Assembly (NCBI GenBank): GCA_028715415.1
Contig: JAQURX010000008.1
Span: forward strand, 2,495-66,494
DNA: 64,000 nt
Origin: Candidatus Omnitrophota bacterium
Lineage (GTDB): Bacteria; Omnitrophota; Gorgyraeia; Gygaellales; Profunditerraquicolaceae
Reading direction: 5' to 3'
The notes beneath the pieces were generated by a model. The model was not told the DNA's origin and did not search any database. It worked only from the letters and a program-made list of their open reading frames with translations. The translations under genes were made by a program, and so were the position numbers. Shown here in pieces: positions 59,396 through 64,000 of this stretch (positions within the stretch are counted from its first letter, which is position 1; each line of letters opens with the position of its first letter).

Positions 59396-59614
59396 TTATT
59401 CTCCGACCCACACCGGCCCGCTTACTTTGAGGTCCTTACTACCCTGAGAAACGGGTTTATCTTGGGCTTTATCAGGCATAAAAGCAGACGCCTCTTTACC
59501 AGCCATATCTTCTGGTTTAGGTAAAGGAGTTTTTCGGCGGGCAAAAGAATAAGCATATAGAGATAAAATAACAATTACTACCAAAATAATAACCAAGAAA
59601 AATTTATTTTTCAT
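59396..59614 (-). CDS. small single-TM hypothetical protein (~72 aa from internal ATG with AGGAG SD)
   Basis: MKNKFFLVIILVVIVILSLYAYSFA... The AGGAG SD lies 7 nt upstream of the ATG at 59614. The longer ORF-track start at 59671 lacks an SD. Confidence 0.35.
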   Translation of the reverse strand: MKNKFFLVIILVVIVILSLYAYSFARRKTPLPKPEDMAGKEASAFMPDKAQDKPVSQGSKDLKVSGPVWVGE

Positions 59615-59761
59615 CTTTCTACTCCTATTAAAAGGATACCATAAAAATACACCTAAGTCAAGAAAACACAAGAAGTTAACCGTATTTCCACACTACAAAC
59701 CAATGTTTATAAATCAACGGATTTCATTAATTAAAAATGATTCCTAAGAAATATATTATTA

Positions 59762-60694
59762 TTAGGTACCGCATTTCTTTATCCAGATGCTTCCTCCTGG
59801 GTTTTTTAAACAAAGTGGCATTTCAGCTTCAAACATTTCTTTAAAAAAATGTTCTAAAAAAGTATTAAAGAAAACTATCTTAAACGAATTGTTGTATTGT
59901 AAAAAAGCTCTCAAAATATACCCCTCATTCCAAGCACATCCTCCGTAAATAAGTTCTTTTGGATACTCAAATGGGTAAAATATATCATGAAAATGGATAT
60001 AAACACCCTTGTTTAAAAGCGGAAGAATATTAAAAAAGAGCTGGTTAACGTCGCTATTAACCTTTGCTACATGCGTTGAATCAATAAACAAGATATCGTT
60101 CTCTTGCAGGATTGCGAATTCCGATAATTCACAATCCTCTAATCGTTTAGGTAGAATACGGTATTGCTTTTTATCACTATCTTTCATTAAAGAGATTAGC
60201 AAGGATGGGAAAGGCTCTATGAAAGTAACCTTTGTCTCATTGCCTAAAAATACCTCATTTGTATCCATTATTGCGCATGAAGAAAAACCAGACCCTATCT
60301 CAATAATGTTCTTTGGTCTGAGTTTTCTCATCATACAATAAAGAAAGATTGCATCCGAATATTGATAAGCAGGGTTTTCAAAATAAAATCTCAATTCATT
60401 TGATTTAAATGACTTGAAAGGTAAATCTCTGTAAAAAGGTACAAACTCATTGAATAAAGCAACTTGTTCATCAACATTAAGATCAATTCCCGGTAAAACT
60501 TTCGGCATATTCTCCGGCCAAATTTTTTTTTCAGCCTTACGTGCTTCATCTAAAGAAGGGATTGGACTATAAAAATGGCCCGGAAGCACATGAAGATTAA
60601 AAATTCTCGGTATGGCATAAATAGTCACAAAGATTTTCTTAATTAAATTATATACTCTATTCATCATCTCTTTTTGTTGGAAAAATTGTTCCAT
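59762..60694 (-). CDS. class I SAM-dependent methyltransferase (TylF/MycF/CmcI-like O-methyltransferase)
   Basis: 310 aa. The SAM motif IIEIGSGFSSCAIMD lies far from the N-terminus, as in macrocin-O-MT/CmcI-like proteins. Confidence 0.5.
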   Translation of the reverse strand: MEQFFQQKEMMNRVYNLIKKIFVTIYAIPRIFNLHVLPGHFYSPIPSLDEARKAEKKIWPENMPKVLPGIDLNVDEQVALFNEFVPFYRDLPFKSFKSNELRFYFENPAYQYSDAIFLYCMMRKLRPKNIIEIGSGFSSCAIMDTNEVFLGNETKVTFIEPFPSLLISLMKDSDKKQYRILPKRLEDCELSEFAILQENDILFIDSTHVAKVNSDVNQLFFNILPLLNKGVYIHFHDIFYPFEYPKELIYGGCAWNEGYILRAFLQYNNSFKIVFFNTFLEHFFKEMFEAEMPLCLKNPGGSIWIKKCGT

Positions 60695-60805
60695 TCGAAA
60701 GTTTGTAAGAAATTAAACTCATACTAAAGCATTTTGCTAAAGCCTACAAAAGATTATACAAAATATTCACTTGTAAACATACCTTTTAATCATTAATAGA
60801 GAACC

Positions 60806-61699
60806 TTATTTTTTCAGAATGGTTTGCTTTTTAATTACCTCGCTAAATTTTGAGATTACAGCTCTTAGCAATTTAAATGGATGGAATAAATAATACTTAC
60901 CTCTATTGCTAAATTTTCTTATTTTATACCTATAGAAATGAAATAATCTTTTATTATAATCCCAATTTAATGTTGCAATGACCGAATAATTTTCACCTTG
61001 CAATGACATTAGAATGGTAAAAAGTTCATCTAATCCTATCTTTTTCCCATCCTCGCGATAGATAGATGGATAAATACTTAATACATTGATAATTGCTTTG
61101 CAATCTTTTTCTTTATCTTCAAACCAAAATGGGTGTAAAGACAAAAATAATGTTGGCATTTTCTCTTGTAAATACTTTCTCATAGTTGGCAATACTCTAA
61201 TCTCTCCACCTTCAATATCCATCTTTATAAAATTGCAATCATTAATATTATTTTTCTTTATGAAATCTTCAAATGTCAAAGATTGCACATCCAGAAATAT
61301 ACTACTCTTATTAGTTAATAAACTAGATAAAGCATTCCCAAACTGCGTATTGCTTCCAAGTTTGCTCATTCCAGATCTATCAGCAATACAGCCTTTGTAT
61401 AACGTAATATTACTAGCTAAGTTTTGATTTAAATCTATATTTTCCTGCAGAATTTTAAAGGCAACTGGATCTGGTTCTATTGCATAACAATGTTTAGCAA
61501 GTTGACAGCCATATAGTACTGTTGGGCCAACCCAAGCACCTATATCAATATAGGAATGCTCTTTGTCAAGAAACTCGTCAAAAACTTGGAATATCCCCAA
61601 TTCCCATAATCCATTATCAAGCAATACCCAGAAATCTTTAAATCCTGGGGCATCGGGATTATCAACAAAGAAAATCTTTTTGTTTTTTTTAATCTTCAT
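60806..61699 (-). CDS. FkbM-family SAM-dependent methyltransferase
   Basis: 297 aa. YIDIGAWVGPTVLYG and IKMDIEGGE are FkbM-family motifs. Confidence 0.7.
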   Translation of the reverse strand: MKIKKNKKIFFVDNPDAPGFKDFWVLLDNGLWELGIFQVFDEFLDKEHSYIDIGAWVGPTVLYGCQLAKHCYAIEPDPVAFKILQENIDLNQNLASNITLYKGCIADRSGMSKLGSNTQFGNALSSLLTNKSSIFLDVQSLTFEDFIKKNNINDCNFIKMDIEGGEIRVLPTMRKYLQEKMPTLFLSLHPFWFEDKEKDCKAIINVLSIYPSIYREDGKKIGLDELFTILMSLQGENYSVIATLNWDYNKRLFHFYRYKIRKFSNRGKYYLFHPFKLLRAVISKFSEVIKKQTILKK

Positions 61700-61731
61700 A
61701 AATAAATTGTATTAAAAAATTAAAATCATTT

Positions 61732-62394
61732 TTACAAGACTATTTTACTAACTCCGCGACTAACCTTTTCTTTTAACCCTTCACCAAAAAAACAAAATTT
61801 ATCTTCTCTGGTCTCCCATTTCCCTTTAAAAGTAATCAAAAATGAGAGAAAAATTAAGTAAATATCAAGAAAAAAACTCTTATTTCTAACATAAAAAATA
61901 TCAAACTTAAACTTTTCTTCCCTGCTTATGTCTCTGGGGGCAAAAATCTGGGCAATACCCGTAAGGCCCGGAATAACCTTAGACCTTTCTTCAAATCCTG
62001 GATACTCATATATATTTTTTACGGTTTCCCCCTGTGTTTCTTTTTCACTTGGGCGTAGCGCCCTTGGCCCCACAAAACTCATTTCCCCCCTCAAAATATT
62101 GATAAGCTGCGGGAGCTCATCCATAGCTGTTGACCTAAGTATTCTTCCAACAAAAGTTATTCTTTCATCATCTTCCTTAGCTTGTATGGCTCCTGTATTT
62201 TTCTCTGCATCTTTAACCATAGACCTAAACTTTATCGCCTTAAAAGTTGTTTTATTTTTACCTGACCTTTCCTGAAAGTAAAAAACAGGTAAACCATTTT
62301 CTAGGATTATCAAAAAAGAAATCAACCCCCAAAGAGGCAAAGAAATTACTATACCTGATAAAGAAAGTAAAAAATCAAAAATTCTTTTAATCAT
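61732..62394 (-). CDS. undecaprenyl-phosphate sugar-phosphate transferase (small PglC/WbaP-C-terminal-type 'bacterial sugar transferase')
   Basis: 220 aa. One N-terminal TM, KFRSM and DELPQLINILRGEMSFVGPRA are Bac_transf signatures. Confidence 0.85.
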   Translation of the reverse strand: MIKRIFDFLLSLSGIVISLPLWGLISFLIILENGLPVFYFQERSGKNKTTFKAIKFRSMVKDAEKNTGAIQAKEDDERITFVGRILRSTAMDELPQLINILRGEMSFVGPRALRPSEKETQGETVKNIYEYPGFEERSKVIPGLTGIAQIFAPRDISREEKFKFDIFYVRNKSFFLDIYLIFLSFLITFKGKWETREDKFCFFGEGLKEKVSRGVSKIVL

Positions 62395-62436
62395 AACTCG
62401 TAGTTAACCCCAATTCTTTTGGTTTTGGCAAGCTTC

Positions 62437-63894
62437 CTATTTTCCTTCCTTTCCAAAGACGTACTTCTTAAAACTAGAGAAAGTTTTAAAATTACGTTTG
62501 GCTTCTTGGAATGAGAAAATAGACTGCCAAATCTTGTTCAACAGATAAACCGGCCTGGTATAAAATTTCTTTCTCGCCATATTACAAAATTGCATAACTT
62601 CCCAAGATTGCAAACCAGGAAGATCAATAACGCTTGCGTGCAAACCTTCTGGTGTGAGCCATTTTCGAAAATCTTTCGTTATAAGACAATTATTATCTAC
62701 TGCCCATTGGTAAACATATGTTCCAGGATAGGCAATCATAGGAAAGAATTGAGCTGTATCAATAGGCAAAGATAAAGCAAAATTTATTGTTTCCAAAATA
62801 TCCTCTTTTGTTTCTCCTATATTACCCAACACAAAACATCCGTGAACCAAAAGCCCTACCCGCCTTGCATTCTTTGCAAATAGATAAGAATCCTCTATTT
62901 TTATTTTCTTTGATACATTATCTAGAATTCTTTGAGAGCCTGATTCAAAACCAGTAATCAAGAGCCGGCAACCTGCACTTTTCATTTTCTTCATAATTTC
63001 CAACGGTAGATCTGCTCTTGCATTTGCCCACCATCTTATCCGCAACTTATTTTTCATTATTAAATCGCATATCTTCTCGCATCTATCTAAATCTGCAGTA
63101 AATGTATCATCTTCAAACCCTATCTCTTTAACTTGCGGCAATTCTTTTGTTATATATTCTAATTCTGCAAAAACATTTTCAGGGCTTCTAAGCCTATACT
63201 TATGCCCATACATTGTCTGTGGATAAAGACACCACCTGCATTGAAAAGGGCATCCCCTACCTGTAACCATCATTACCATAGGATACCTTCCTGCAGCAAA
63301 AAAATATCTATATATATTTAGTTTTTGTTTATATACTTTTGCAACAAAAGGTAAAGAATCCAAATCGTTGATAAATTCACGATTTTTCGTATTAACGAAG
63401 TTCATGCCATCCCGATATGAGATACCATCTACCTGATGCCAATCTTTTCCGTCTCTTAAAAATAAAGCGATATCTCTAATGGTATAATCATATTCTTTTC
63501 TTGCTATGCCATCTATCAACCGACTCAAAGACAATGTTTCTTCAGGCAAGGCACTTGGATGGGTCCCCACCAAGAAAACAACAACATGAGGCAATGTGTT
63601 CTTAATTAGCTCACAAATTCTTACGTCATTATAAATACTAGGAGTTGAAGTGTCACATATAACTAAAGAAGGACTGATATTCTTAATCTTTTGGATAAGA
63701 GAAGCTTCGTTATACCCCTCAGCAATAGCGTCTATCATAAATACATCTATGCCTTTTTCCTGCTCTAAAACACCAGCAGCATATGATAAATAAAATGGAT
63801 AGTAAAGAGTGCCGCTTCTTGTAACTGCAGGGCTTCTCGAAGCCCGTGAATATTTCTTATTTTCAAAAGGAGGATTTAAAAATAGAACTTTCAT
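62437..63894 (-). CDS. B12-binding domain radical SAM protein
   Basis: 485 aa. N-terminal B12-binding fold (VLFLNPP...YYPFYLSYAAGVL), then CxxxCxxC (GRGCPFQCRWC). Confidence 0.8.
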   Translation of the reverse strand: MKVLFLNPPFENKKYSRASRSPAVTRSGTLYYPFYLSYAAGVLEQEKGIDVFMIDAIAEGYNEASLIQKIKNISPSLVICDTSTPSIYNDVRICELIKNTLPHVVVFLVGTHPSALPEETLSLSRLIDGIARKEYDYTIRDIALFLRDGKDWHQVDGISYRDGMNFVNTKNREFINDLDSLPFVAKVYKQKLNIYRYFFAAGRYPMVMMVTGRGCPFQCRWCLYPQTMYGHKYRLRSPENVFAELEYITKELPQVKEIGFEDDTFTADLDRCEKICDLIMKNKLRIRWWANARADLPLEIMKKMKSAGCRLLITGFESGSQRILDNVSKKIKIEDSYLFAKNARRVGLLVHGCFVLGNIGETKEDILETINFALSLPIDTAQFFPMIAYPGTYVYQWAVDNNCLITKDFRKWLTPEGLHASVIDLPGLQSWEVMQFCNMARKKFYTRPVYLLNKIWQSIFSFQEAKRNFKTFSSFKKYVFGKEGK

Positions 63895-63902
63895 AAAACC
63901 CT

Positions 63903-64000
63903 TTATCTTAACATCTCAATAATAAAATTCTTATATTCAATTATTTGATTACCAAATTCAAGCTCTTCGCTCACAAGCTTAAAAGCATTATCTTTCATTT
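63903..64000 (-). CDS. C-terminal fragment of unidentified protein (continues beyond window end)
   Basis: The in-frame minus-strand reading ...KDNAFKLVSEELEFGNQIIEYKNFIIEMLR ends with TAA at 63905..63903, 8 nt upstream of the rSAM start region. Function unknown. Confidence 0.3.
   Translation of the reverse strand, partial: MKDNAFKLVSEELEFGNQIIEYKNFIIEMLR

Noticed and set aside
1-64000. CRISPR arrays, IS elements, integrases, prophage or toxin-antitoxin/defence islands
   Set aside because: I scanned for regularly spaced direct repeats, transposase/integrase-like translations, and small paired ORFs. None was found. The only repeat structures are the items reported in findings (the 24.6 kb inverted-repeat element, the 5.1 kb palindromes and the 7-mer repeat in ispD).

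Overview
This is about 64 kb of a low-GC (roughly 35-40% by eye) bacterial chromosome, coding almost entirely on the minus strand. The organism looks diderm: it carries LptF/LptG permeases, an MlaDEF system, LolCDE and a large O-antigen-like glycan cluster. Gene order, however, is strikingly Firmicutes-like: (ilvE)-mcsA-mcsB-clpC ... radA-yacL(PIN/TRAM)-ispD-ispF-cysE-cysS, tmk-holB-yaaT(PSP1)-metG-tatD, and thiL-tsaE-tsaB. The first ~45 kb is housekeeping. It holds queF(partial)-queE-queD-murI, an amidase, tmRNA plus smpB, a tRNA-Leu(CAG) with a consensus sigma70 promoter, and two tandem cold-shock genes. It also holds pyrE, a lone receiver domain, comF, lptF/G, alr, tsaB/E, thiL, mtnA, metG, holB, tmk, cysS/E, ispD/F, radA, mlaDEF, clpC/mcsB/mcsA, ilvE, lolCDE, lysS, an HtpX-like protease and a HAMP-GGDEF sensor. 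From 45.0 to 63.9 kb (continuing past the window edge) lies a ~19 kb co-directional polysaccharide cluster. It contains an initiating sugar-phosphate transferase, four glycosyltransferases, two Wzy-like polymerases, a short Wzz-like protein, three methyltransferases (two FkbM-family, one CmcI/TylF-like), two radical-SAM enzymes (one B12-binding, one MiaB/MTTase-like), a membrane-anchored SGNH/AlgX-like putative O-acyltransferase, a geranylgeranyl-reductase-like flavoprotein and TPR proteins. This cluster is the best candidate for a novel tailored-glycan system. Other unusual items: an in-frame Maf-M48 lipoprotein-peptidase fusion ORF, an HtpX-like protease with a canonical EF-hand loop, a ~180 bp GC-rich element with ~45-nt terminal inverted repeats between tmk and cysS, and paired 8-4-8 palindromes between divergent promoters beside tRNA-Leu. 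No CRISPR array, IS/transposase, integrase, prophage or recognisable defence/toxin-antitoxin system was seen. All calls are from reading the translations and the DNA by eye; no searches were run.
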